Position numbers and translations under genes: made by a program. Below are positions 28,770-42,521 of a stretch of DNA of 64,000 nt, one piece after another. The DNA is from the human T2T-CHM13v2.0 reference genome, Homo sapiens, in assembly GCF_009914755.1 (NCBI RefSeq), contig NC_060926.1, one strand, 5' to 3'. Each line of letters begins with the position of its first letter. Positions within the stretch are counted from its first letter, which is position 1. A model generated the notes under the pieces. The model did not search any database, had not been told where the DNA came from, and saw only the letters and a program-made list of their open reading frames with translations.

Positions 28770-28951
28770 TGGGAGAGGAGAAGAGGAGGAGAAGTGGGAA
28801 GAGAGGAGCAGGAGGAAATGGGGAGGAAAGAGGAGGGGAAAAGAGGGGAGGGGCAGGAAAGGGAGGGAAGCGGGAGGAGAGGAGAGTAGTAGTAGGGGGA
28901 AGAGAAGAGGGGAGGAGAGGGCAGGGGAGAGGAAGAGAGGAGAAGGAAAAG
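28770..28951. repeat. GA-rich polypurine tract
   Basis: About 180 bp of almost only G and A. Confidence 0.92.
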
Positions 28952-29044
28952 CTGGAATGGTAAACTTTTCCTGACTTGGCAGCCAAGATGAGAGAATGAA
29001 ACGGTGCAGGAAGAGGTATCCTGTTGGAGAAGCTACATAGTGCT

Positions 29045-29130
29045 CTATAATAAGCGCTGTTCACTGCCTCCAGAGGTTGTACAGGTGGAAAATACCAGTG
29101 AGTTCCAAAGAGGTTTAGCTAATTCCCACT
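29045..29130 (+). mobile_element. Possible CR1/L3 3' fragment
   Basis: ctgcctccagaggttgtacaggtggaaaat...gagttccaaagaggtttagct reads like the CR1 ORF2 end (LP.EVV.....FKRGLD). Confidence 0.45.
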
Positions 29131-29349
29131 GGACCAGGCCAGCCAGGTGGAGACAGCTGGCCCAGGGGATCCTACCTGGCCTTTCTGTGGCACTGGAGGT
29201 TGTCACACTTGGCAAAGATGGCTTTTTGAAGAGGTAAAAGAAGGAAAGAGTTGGTAACTAGGCAGGTATTTTGACCACCAAGGACTTTTCAAACTGGACA
29301 AATCTTTGAGTGACTTTTCTTTTCATTTAAATAATTACAGCAACAGCAA

Positions 29350-29560
29350 CAGCCACTATAATTTAAGCGCTTGCTGCATGCCAAACATTGTGGTTAGGGT
29401 TTCACTGCCTTTGTTATATTTAACCCCCACAGCAGCCCTATGAGATAGCGTCATCCTCCGTACACATAAGGAAACCGAGGCACTGAGAAGTTAAGGAACT
29501 CCCTAATCTGTGGGGAGCTGGGGTTTTATACGTCCACCTCTAAAGCTCATCTTTCTACCA
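29350..29560 (-). mobile_element. MIR SINE
   Basis: atttaacccccacagcagccctatgagatag...aggaaaccgaggcac...agttaagg. Confidence 0.78.
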
Positions 29561-29705
29561 CAATGTTAAAGACAGACCAGTAGAGGGAAGACAACAATCT
29601 CCCCTTTGTTCTCAATCCCAGATTGGGCTGGCCTGGGAAATGCCACAGGTGATTCTTTTTAAAGGAAGGAGCCAGAACCACACAACTTCTGAGAGTCAAA
29701 GAGAT

Positions 29706-30115
29706 TGATCTAGCTTGTACGTGCGTCCCCGCCCAATGTCATGGTGAACTGTGATCCCCAGTATCGGAGGTGGGGCCTGGTGGAAGGTGGTTGGATCATG
29801 GGGCGGGGTTTCTCATGAACGGTTTCGCACCATCCCCTTGCTGCTGTCCTCGCACCAGAGTGAGTTCTCTAGAGATGGGGCTGTTTAAAAGTGTACAGTG
29901 CCTCCCTCTCTCTCTCTTGCTCCTGCTCTGGCCATGTGATGTGCCGACTCCCCCTTTGCCTGCCACCATGATTGTAAGCTTCTGGAAGCCAAGCCGATGC
30001 CAGCACCATGCTTCCTGTAAAGCTTGCAGAACCATGAACCGATTAAACCTCTTTTCTTTATAAATAACCCAGTCTCAGGTATTCTTTTATAACAATATGA
30101 AAACAGCCTAACACA
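29706..30115 (+). mobile_element. MSTA/MSTB MaLR solo LTR
   Basis: Full LTR tgat...cctaacaca; TSD gagat/gagac. Confidence 0.92.
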
Positions 30116-30236
30116 GAGACTATTGACCAACCTCTTTCTTTGGATGAAAAACGCAAAGTCTCTATAAAGGCTCAAAGCCACATAACTGAGTAGTGATGGC
30201 ATCAAAGCAAAGAAAAAAGGAAGAATAAATGGATTA

Positions 30237-30481
30237 ATGTTTTTTCAAACTGTGGGTGCTACCCAGCAGTGGGTCATTGAATTCACTTAGTGGATCATAA
30301 CAAGGAGTTTACAAAAAAAAAAAAAAAGAAAGAAATAGAATAGAAAAGAGAGTGCATTGCACATCGTTCTAGCCAGTCATGGTTGATGGCACTTCTCAGT
30401 GTGTGTGCTTCTATGTGTGGACAAAGTAGGAACGGAAAATGACCATGGGCCATACATAGTCAAAAACCTCTGAACACCACT
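30237..30481 (+). mobile_element. MER103C-like hAT-Charlie MITE
   Basis: tgtttttcaaactgtgggt...agtgggtca...aaatagaatagaaaa..gagtgcattgcac...caccact. Confidence 0.6.
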
Positions 30482-30699
30482 AGACTGAGGAGTAAGCATA
30501 GCGGAGGAAGAGGCCGTGGGATGGACAGGAAGTTTGAGCAAAATCCAAGATTTGCTCCTGCACTGCTAGCAAAACAGCTCTGAAATAACCACAGGGCCTA
30601 TTTTTAGTGCTGCTGAAATTACCTTTCCTTTGATCTCCGGTATTGACCAGAATGGCTCCTCAACAACACACGCAGCTCCTTGGGGCTGACAGAGGCCCA

Positions 30700-30790
30700 G
30701 GAAAGCCGTCACGCAGGAAGGAGGCCAGGGCGGGCTTTTCTATAAACCCCACGGCTGTTTCCCTTTACTGACTTCCTTAGCCTGTCGGGG
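30700..30790 (+). promoter_or_regulatory. Candidate TATA core promoter
   Basis: CGTCA 30707, ETS CAGGAAG 30714, GC box GGGCGGG 30728, TATAAA 30741; ETS ACAGGAAGT upstream at 30525. Confidence 0.4.
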
Positions 30791-31127
30791 GATTAGAGCA
30801 GGATCCTCTGAAACAGGGAACAGCATCCTTCACAACAGGATGTAGCAGGGACCACACACTGCTCTGAGTCAGGCCGCCAGTGCTGAGCAAGGGCTGGTGG
30901 CCTCTGAGCCCCACTTAGTCACTGGCAGACAACCTAACCCTGCCAGGAGCAGGAGGAGACATAGCTGAGGGCCCAAAGGGGTCATGGAGGAAGACCCTGG
31001 GAACAGGCCCTCTACAGCCTCAGGGTCCCAGTTCCTGCACCTGGGGCCCACCCAGCACACGAATCTTGAGTGGGAAATAGAGGGTGTCTCAAGGATTCTG
31101 CTCATGTAAGAAGGCATGCTTGGGCTA

Positions 31128-31188
31128 GTGTGCATATGTGCATGTGTGTGTGTGTGTGTGTGACAGAGAGAGACAGAGAGAGAGTGTG
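31128..31188. repeat. (TG)n(GA)n microsatellite
   Basis: Direct inspection. Confidence 0.92.
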
Positions 31189-31605
31189 GCGAGAGTAAGT
31201 AGGTGCAGAAGAAACTAGAACCATCAACGAACATATGAGAAAACACCAGGAACCTTGTGCCTGGACCACAGTAGGGGTTGGTAGGGTCCCTGCTGCAAGC
31301 AGAAGTGCAAACCTCCATCTTTAATATGTGTGGGAATCAGTATGCATGTAGGTATATGGGTTGGGGAGTAGAGTGAGGATAAAACTGTTTATAGTGACCC
31401 AAGAAAACTTTTAGCCCTGATGACAGATTGTAGCTAAGGAATCCACCAAATGAGAATAGAGAAACTGACATTTTGGCTAAGTTACGCAAAAGTAATGGTA
31501 TACTCACTCACGTTCAGGGACTATTCATCGTTTAGGTCTAATTTCTATATAGCTCCATGATTGTGCTTGTCATTGAACCCTATGTGGGATTAACTTTACT
31601 GTAGA

Positions 31606-31771
31606 TTTTGTTGCTGTTGTTGTTGTTTTGAGGTAGGGTGTCCCTCTGTCACCTCGGCTTCAGTGGCACAATCACGGCTCACTGCAGCCTCCACCTCCTG
31701 GGCTCAAGCGATCCTCCTGCCTCAGCCTTCCAAAGTGCTGAGATTACAGGCATGAGTCACTGAGCCTGGCC
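31606..31771 (-). mobile_element. Monomeric Alu (FRAM-like or recombined AluJ)
   Basis: Single monomer with tail; TSD-like tgtag(a/g)tttt. Confidence 0.85.
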
Positions 31772-32184
31772 CATTGTAGGTTTTATTTGTTGCTTTAAGC
31801 TCTGCTCATACATCAGCCTTCAGTGAGTGTCGTTCCTAATATAGGGCTGTTGTGCTTATAACTTAAAACAGCCCTGAGGGAATGTGGCAGATCCTCAGAA
31901 CCAGTTCCAATTACTGTCCAGAAAACAGCCTTCTTGAGAAAGAAGTGGCTGCTCAGAGATGTGGTCAGCAGAGGGGAAGGCAAGTGCCCAGGTGTCCTGG
32001 CTCTCAATCCCTAACCTGCAAGGGAATGGGCGGGGCTGTTTCTATTCCCCCTCTGCACCCCAGATTCTGGTGGGAAGGACTAAGAGAGATATTCCTGGGA
32101 GAAAGACTCACGGAAGCTCTGAAGCATGACCAAGGGCTACTCTGCAGCTGAAGACACACAAGGAGCCCTCTTGAAAGGCCACGG

Positions 32185-32400
32185 TGTCCAGTGAGTGAGA
32201 CACACTTGGGTTCTAATCCTAGGTCTTCTCCTTAAAGACTGTGTAGCCCTAGCAAGTCACTTAACCTTCTGAACTTTATTTGTATCATCTCTTTTTAAAA
32301 AGATAATAATACTTGCCTACTAGATTGTGAGGATTAAATGAGAACAGTGAGCAAAACTCTTGGCTCAGGGCTGACAGAGTAAACTCAACACTGGTGCTTA
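32185..32400 (+). mobile_element. MIR SINE
   Basis: gcaagtcacttaacc...ttgtgaggattaaatgag. Confidence 0.8.
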
Positions 32401-33001
32401 CCTGCTTGGAAAGTTGCTCATTAATTTGGTGTTGGCCTTTAGGGCAGGGAGTCTTGACCTCTTGTTCCCTTGGGTTCTGATGTTTGGGGTGGTCTCCTGG
32501 CAGCCAGTGGTCCCAACTCAGTGAGGTCTGAGACTTTCCTTCCTTTCAGCATGGCCTGCGGGGAGCTCTCAGGCCCCAGCAGACAGAGACTTTCTGCCAT
32601 GGCTCCAAAGCAATTGTGGCTTGGAAAGAATCTTTGGCATGTGTCATGTCGTCCCCCACAAGCCATGATCCATAGCGTGTTGGAGAAGTGCTTTGTTCTG
32701 GGGCCAAGAGGTCATGCTGTAGGAGGGTCACCCATAAGTCTACATGCTAGGCAGCTCCCCAGTCATGTCCCTCGCTCCTCTGCTCCCTGTCCTTGGCGCC
32801 ATCTGCTCTGGATCACAGGTCCAGCCCAGGAGACTGGACAGCTGCCCTCCTGCTGGAGGCCTGGGCTTGTGCCTGAGCTCAGAGAGGGCTGTCAATGATT
32901 GGTGGCTATGGGGCAAGACCAAGTCCTTGGTCCGTGGAGAGATTTGTGCACTTAGGGGACCAGGAGGGACCGGAGCTGGTATGGGAAAAGAGTTGTGGTG
33001 A

Positions 33002-33478
<477 letters not shown>

Positions 33479-34529
33479 AGTTGCTGGCTTTCTTACAAGG
33501 CTCATAGTTCTGTAAATAGGAGCACAGTTTAGCACGTTTCAGTGGATGGGATGGGGCACCGGCTGGAAGAGGGTCCTCTTGGCCACCACGGTGTGGCAGC
33601 AGAAATGGAGTGTGGCATGTGTAGGTAGTGAACCCCTGAACCCCTGATCAATGCAAGGTTTGATTTCCCTAGTCAGAAGGCTCCTCTAGGTACAAGGTCA
33701 TTTTCTTTATTTTTCTGTAATTGGTCTCATTTTTCATTTCAAGCTCTTATTTTGGCTGATGCAGAAAAACTAGTATAGTTACTTCCAAGTAAAACAGTCC
33801 CTTAAGTCATTTTCTCAATCATTTTAGTATTCAATTCTATTAAATTTAAGATTTTCATTCTTACTCACTCCCCAGAGTTGATGCCAAGGGCGGGATCTGG
33901 AGCATCCATGGAAAAGGGAGGCTATGTCTCTGCTCAATCTGCCCCGAGTTCTTTTTTTGAGATGTAGCATGTTTCTGTCTGGTCCTTAAACACGTCCCTT
34001 TTCCAAGCCATTACAGGGGCTGCCCTTGTTCAATCCTGGCAGATGCTCCCTTTGGCAGCGTCCTCTCTGCTCCATGCCCCCATTCCTGCTGAAAGCCCCT
34101 TTGCAGGCTGGCAGCTTCCTGGAGGTTACTCTCTGTGCTCACTTCCACCCCCTGGAAGAGCCATGTAAACCTGGATGTTTGGGGTGAGAAGGAGGGCTAG
34201 GGGTAGGATGGGGGTCAGGGGTTCTCTGCCTAGACATGCCACATTCTACTTCTGCTCTGCAGCTTCCACACCATGGTGCCAGAGGACCCTCTGAGGCTCA
34301 GCACCACTCGAGGCTTTCCCAGGGAAGTGACACATGGTCCTCACCTCCCTGAACCCCGTCCTTGTAGGAGTGTCCTGTCATCTCCTCCACGCCAAGACCC
34401 AAAAGGAAACAGGTCTCAGGCCTCCCAAGATGCATCTAGCTCCCTAAACTCTCTTGCTCCTCTCCAGCTTAGAGGGTATTGATCTGGGGTGGGGCAGGGG
34501 ACAGGGAGAACTATTAAATAAAGATTTTA

Positions 34530-35013
<484 letters not shown>

Positions 35014-35579
35014 CCCATCACTCCTGTCTCACACCTGCATTGAGGCCTTGGGCCTCAAAAGTCAAGTATTTGGTATCTTTGTTATGTGGTTCCTTTGAGA
35101 CTACTACCCTTTTTTGCCTGACTGGGAAAAAAAAAAATCACACATCTGTTAACACTTCCAATATCAAAGACTCTGGAAAGTGCTAGTCAAGGGTCAGAGC
35201 TAGTCCTAGGTTCTGAAATGCCTTTGACAATAATATGGAATTGCTAGTGTCCAAAAAAAAAAAACAAACCTCACAAAATCAAATAATCCAAAGGCTCTAT
35301 AGTAAGTACAAAGCACAAATCCTTCACCTGGACTTGAAGGTCTTCTTCTTCATGGCCCATCCCAACTTTCTTTAGAAACTTCTCAGTTTCTGATAGTTGG
35401 AGCACAGAGGGCAACAGGGTGAAAAAAAATGAGGCTGGGGAGGCAATAGAGTACCAGCAATAGGTGGGAGAGTACATTTGGTTTGATGTAGTCAACTGGT
35501 TGGTACTCACTTCTTCAATCCTTTCCTGTCTCGAATCCTGAGAGGAGGGTTGGACTTTTTTCATGCCTTCTATAGCATC

Positions 35580-35940
35580 TGATATGGTTTTCCTGTGTCC
35601 CCACCCAAATCTCATCTGGAATTATAGCTCCCATAATTCCCACATGTTGTGGGAGGGACCTAGTGGGAGATCATTGACTCATGGGGGTGGTTTTCCCCAT
35701 ATTGTTCCCTGATAGTGAATAAGTCTCATGAGATCTGATGGTTTTATAAGGGGAAACCCCTTTCATTTGGTACTCATTCTCTCTTCCCTGCCACCAAGGA
35801 AGATGTGCCTTTTGCCTTCCACTGTGATTGTGAGGCTTCCCCAGCCACGTGAAACTGTGAGTCCACTAAACCTCTTTTTCTTTATAAATTACCCAGTTTT
35901 GGGTATGTCTTTATCAGCAGTGTGAAAACAGACTAATACA
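35580..35940 (+). mobile_element. THE1B-like MaLR solo LTR
   Basis: tgatatggttt...gactaataca; TSD gcatc/gtatc. Confidence 0.95.
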
Positions 35941-36739
35941 GTATCTAGCTTGGGGCTTTGCATAAAGTAAGCACTCAATTAATTCTTGTGTAGTAGTTGA
36001 CCAAAGATAGGCGTTAATAAAGGTTTAGGAACCTGGTTCTATGTAGAGATACTTTGAAAATTAAAGCATGCACTTCCAACCACGTGATCTCTAAGTTTAT
36101 GGCTCTGCAGTTGCTATTTTATAGCTAAAACAAAATACTCATTAAAAACTAATAGGAATGTGTAAAATCAGCACGGGCAAACCTCAACTGGCAGGCAGGA
36201 AAATCTGGCTCCTCGAAGCCTGCCTGGGTCCATGGTCCAAACATGCTTTGGGTGGAGATCCAGAGGTGAAAAGTCATTTGCTTCTGGGAACAAGAAACTG
36301 AATCAAACCCAAAGTAGCAAGTTTGAGCTCTCAAGGGCAAAATGACATTGCATGCCTCAAATGGCTGTGGGTTGCCAGCTTAAATTATTGCACAAACACA
36401 TTCACGCAATGGGAGTTGAGAGAGGCAGCCAGTCCTAGCTGGAGTAATTCGGGGAAAGGTGTAGGATGTGAGGCTTGAGCTTGGTTGGGCCACAGCCACG
36501 TCAGGGGAAACCAGGGCTTCCCAGAACCCATCCTGTCTGCTCTTCAGATGCCCAATGGCCTCCTGACTCTCCTTCCTTCCAGCCACTCTCTCTCCCACTT
36601 CCCCCTGCCTGTGCCCACCACTTAGCTGGCTGCACCTTCTCAACACACTTTCTGTCACCTCCTTACACACACATGGGCCATCTCTAAGCTGAACACTCTC
36701 TTCTGTACTAAACAGCTTTGTCAATTCATTTCTCAGCAA

Positions 36740-37034
36740 TTTTTTCTTTTTTTTTTTTTTTGAGATGGAGTCTCACTCTGTCGCCCAGACTGGAGTGGAG
36801 TGGTAAGATCTCAGCTCAGTGCAACCTCCACCTCCTGGGATCAAGCGATTCTTCTGCCTCAGCTGTAGCTGGGGTTACAGGCACCCGCCACCATGCCCAG
36901 CTAATTTTTGTATTTTTAGTAGAGACAGGGTTTCACCATGTTGGCCAGGATGGTCTCAATCTCTTGACCTCGTGATCTGCCTGACTTGGCCTCCCAAAGT
37001 GCTGGGATTACAGGTGTGAGCCACCATACCCAGC
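36740..37034 (-). mobile_element. AluSc-like
   Basis: ggccaggatggtctcaatctcttgacctcgtgatc; TSD ttctcagcaattt. Confidence 0.94.
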
Positions 37035-37544
37035 TTCTCAGCAATTTAGAAATGCTAACTGAAAATCTTGTTTTCTGATTAAACACCATCCTTAGATATT
37101 TTCTCCTTTTACCCCACATCTCTCCAGATCCTTCTCCTGACCCCATCCCATCCATCCTTCCATTGTTTTATTTGGGAGTTGAATGAGTTTTCTAGAAACA
37201 TGCCATAGAAAGAAATTCCTCAGAGGCAATGCAATAAATTATCTGAGTTATGCATGAGTGATGGAGCCTTTTGGTTGGAGACATAAAGAATGCTGATCAT
37301 GGAAAAACAAAATTCAAGAGGCCAAATTTTACAGGGAGCAATTAGTATTAAATGAGAACATGTCACAGGCACTGGGGCATTGGAAACTGGCTGCCCCAGC
37401 CTCCTTTTTGTAAGCTGAGTTTACTAAATGGAACATAATGATATGTAACCAAAATGCTGAAAGACCATTTCTTTGCTAAGGAGATCCAGCCAACAAACAC
37501 AGTGGAAAATAGGAAAATAGCAGTGATACTTTTCACCCTGGGAA

Positions 37545-37898
<354 letters not shown>

Positions 37899-38129
37899 TA
37901 AATCTACCCTGGGTGGAAGAAGATAGACCACAGAGCCTCGGAATGTCCTCCTAGTCCAGAGATTCAGTGGAGAAAGTTCTCTGCCACTCCTGAGCTGGGT
38001 GCAGATAAAAATGTCACTTTTAAAGAAAGAAAGCTGGTCATTGTTCAGTTAAATGTTTGCATTTGTGAACATTCTGTTTTGTGTTAAGAGAGGAATTTTT
38101 TAAAATAAAAATGTACATTTTCATGGAAA

Positions 38130-38570
38130 TGATTGGTTGGTGTTGTGCCTTCACTGGAAGCCTAAAGAGAAAACTATTTGGGGTGACAAAATGGGAAAAA
38201 TTAGTCACCAATGATTCACAGAGACTATAAATATGTGGCTATATTGTTCTCTTCTTTATGACCCAGCTGGGATGAGTGGTTTGGGAGGAGGCAGGAAGAC
38301 ACAAATAGTGCTAGAGGGGAGCTGGAGGCCCCACTCCAGGTTTGGCAGCGTGAGCTCACCCCAAAACCTCCTGTCACAGCCTCTCTCTGTCTCAGCACTG
38401 GGGCTGCGCGGGCTCAGCCCCTGGCAGCCTGTCCAAAACTTCTGTGGGGCCAGGAAAAAGAACAGGCTAACGGCCCCCTTCGTGTTCTGCATGAAGCTGC
38501 CCGTGCTGCCACAAGGGACACCACAGGTTGACGCGCAGTATCTTCGGAGCAGCACAGGGACAGACGTATT
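38130..38570 (+). promoter_or_regulatory. Candidate CCAAT/TATA promoter with downstream CpG cluster
   Basis: ATTGG 38132, CCAAT 38208, TATAAATA 38226, CpG-rich 38345-38570. Confidence 0.35.
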
Positions 38571-39133
38571 GCTAGCTTTGCCATTTCCCAAGCTAGGGAG
38601 AAAAGTTAAAGCTGGGACAAGGGGAACTGTCAGCTGACAGAGCTCTGCTACCTGTCCGTGCAAATTCCAGTAACTCATACCCTAAATCCTCCTTACATAC
38701 ACACCACACACACCACACACACACACCCCAACACACCCCAAAATAATTAACTAAATCATTCTTTCACGTATGCACTCATCTACCAGAGCACTGAGCCTCT
38801 ATGGCATGTCAGGTACTGTGTGGAGCACCAGGGAAGCAATGGTGAGAGCAACTAGCCTGGGATGTCCTCACAGAGCCTCCAGCCTAGTGGGGAAGACAGT
38901 CCTAGCCTGGCAATTATTACAATGGAGATTGGTCATTGCCAGGACCAGGAGTTCTGGCAACATGGAAGCACTTAGTAGGCTCAGCCTATCCTTTTATGGG
39001 CCAGGAAAGAATTTCTGGACCTCCTGACTGCTCAATAGAATGGGGATTGCCTGTTGACTATTTCTGCCTCCTGATGACCTGCCTTGCTGATCATTTTTCT
39101 CTTTTCCCCTGCATCTCCATTGTTTTCTACTAG

Positions 39134-39537
<404 letters not shown>

Positions 39538-40261
39538 TTTACAATCTATATTCCTGATGCCGGTCAATCCCACATTCCAGAGCCCTCTAGCAACAGCTTC
39601 CCCAAACCCTTCAAACTCAACATGTTAAATCTTAACTCGCCGTCTTTTCCTTCAGCTCTGATCCTTAGCTTAGCTGATGTATCGCTACACACCCAGTCTC
39701 CCAAGCCAGAAACCTGGATTCCTTCCTGCCCCTCAACTTCCACATTTGACCAGTTCCCAGGCCTTGTTGATTCTACACATGGAATACTTCTCCACCTCTC
39801 TTTTCCTCCGCCACCATCCAAGTTGAGGCCTCCCTCCACAGAGCAGAATAGCAGAAACAGCCTCCTACACATGTGTTTCTGCATCTGGCTTCACCCACCA
39901 ATGCTTCCCATGCACTGTGGCCAAAGCTAACCACATGACTGCCTTTCTTCGTTGATTCTCAGGATAAAGCCAAAGCATCTTAATATACAAGATTCTCCAT
40001 AATGTGGATCCTGGCCTCCAACTACTTTTCTAGCCCTGTCTCCCAAGATTCTTCTCTTAGTCTTAATTCTCTAGGGGTACCAAGCTGCTGTTGGTAAACA
40101 CATGTTGAGGACCCCAAAATAAACTCCTCTAGTCCCTCCATCTTATCCCTCTTTTTCCTTCATTTTACTTATCATAATCTAGAATTATCTTGGTCTATTA
40201 TCTGTTCATTTATTTATTGTCTATCTCCTCTTCCAAAATGTAGGCTCTATGAAAATAGGAA

Positions 40262-40683
40262 TTTTTAAAAACTGTGGTAAAATATACATGACAGGAAATT
40301 GACCATTTTAACCATTTTTAAATGTACAATTCAGTGGCATTAAGTGCATTCACATTGTTGTGCAATCATCACCACTATCCATTTCTAGAACATTTTCATC
40401 ATCCCAACAGAAACTGTGTACCCATTAAATAATAACTCCCCAGTCCCTTCTCCCCTCAGCCCCTGGTAACCCCTCTTTTACTTTCTGTCTTTATGAATTT
40501 GCCTATTCTCAGTAATTCATACAAATAAAATCTTGCAATATTGTTCTTTTGTGACTGGCTTATTTCATTTAGCATAATGTTTTCAAGGTTCATCCATGTT
40601 GTAGCGGGTATCAACATTTTATTCTTTTTTATATTAAGTAATATTTTATAGCATGTATATGCTACATTTAGTTTATCCATTCA
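40262..40683 (-). mobile_element. L1MB-type 3' end
   Basis: gtggtaaaatatacat...accattttaaccatttt...gtacaattcagtggcattaagt...ggcttatttcatttagcataatgttttcaagg. Confidence 0.9.
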
Positions 40684-41339
40684 ATGATCATTGGTGTACA
40701 ATTATTTGAAAATAGGAGTCTTGTCATCAGTAATTCCCCATGGTCTGGAACAATGCTGGTGCATAGTAGGTGTTCAATTAAATATTCATTTTGTTCATCC
40801 TTGCCTATATATATACCATTACCTCTGCCTAGAAACTCTTCCACTTCTTGCTCTTACAGAAACTGTTTTTAATCCTTCTAAGTACACATTTCACCTTCTC
40901 CAGAAAGTCTTTCCTGACAGTCCCCCACCACACATTTTCTTTCTCTCCCTTTTCTCAGTGCTATCATTGTGTTCCATATATAATTTAGGAAAACATTTGC
41001 ATTGCAGTTCAGTTCTATATTCTAATTTATCGGATTCTACATCTGTCTCATCTGCTTGACTAGAATCTTTTGAGGGATGCTGCCCTAGGCATCTCAGTGG
41101 CCTGCAAGTCTAGGACAGTGCCTGGAACAGAGTAGTTATTTAGTGTTTGACGGGTGAGCAAATGAATGAATGAATGAATCCCTTATATCTTCCATAGTCT
41201 TTGTCATATATCCAACCACACAGATACGACTCTGGCTGCCCTTTTCCTCAGTTATTTTAATCACTACAGAACTTGTTAACACAAAAAAGCAAGAGGGAGG
41301 AAGTTTACAGGCCTAGATAGGAAGGGTATCCAGAGAGGT

Positions 41340-41464
41340 GGAGTGACCGTCCACATGGCGTGCCTGGAAACATCCCCATTCATACCTGTTGTCCCAGCAT
41401 AATTGTTAATAGTGACCCCTTTTAAAAGTGTCATAGTTCTGATAATAAATTACATGGCCACTCT
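41340..41464. mobile_element. MER94-like hAT-Blackjack MITE
   Basis: gagtgacc...tgtcccagcataattgttaatag...aaaagtgtc...gataataaattacatggccactct. Confidence 0.65.
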
Positions 41465-41559
41465 ACAAAGATAACTAACTTTTACTGACCCACCAGCTGG
41501 GAAATGATACCATACCCTCAACCCAGGGGTGGGTAAGTAGCAGGGCCCACCCTCGGGCC

Positions 41560-42521
<962 letters not shown>

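Noticed and set aside
34297-34315. REST half-site TCAGCACC
   Set aside because: No right half (GGACAG) at a canonical or nearby spacing
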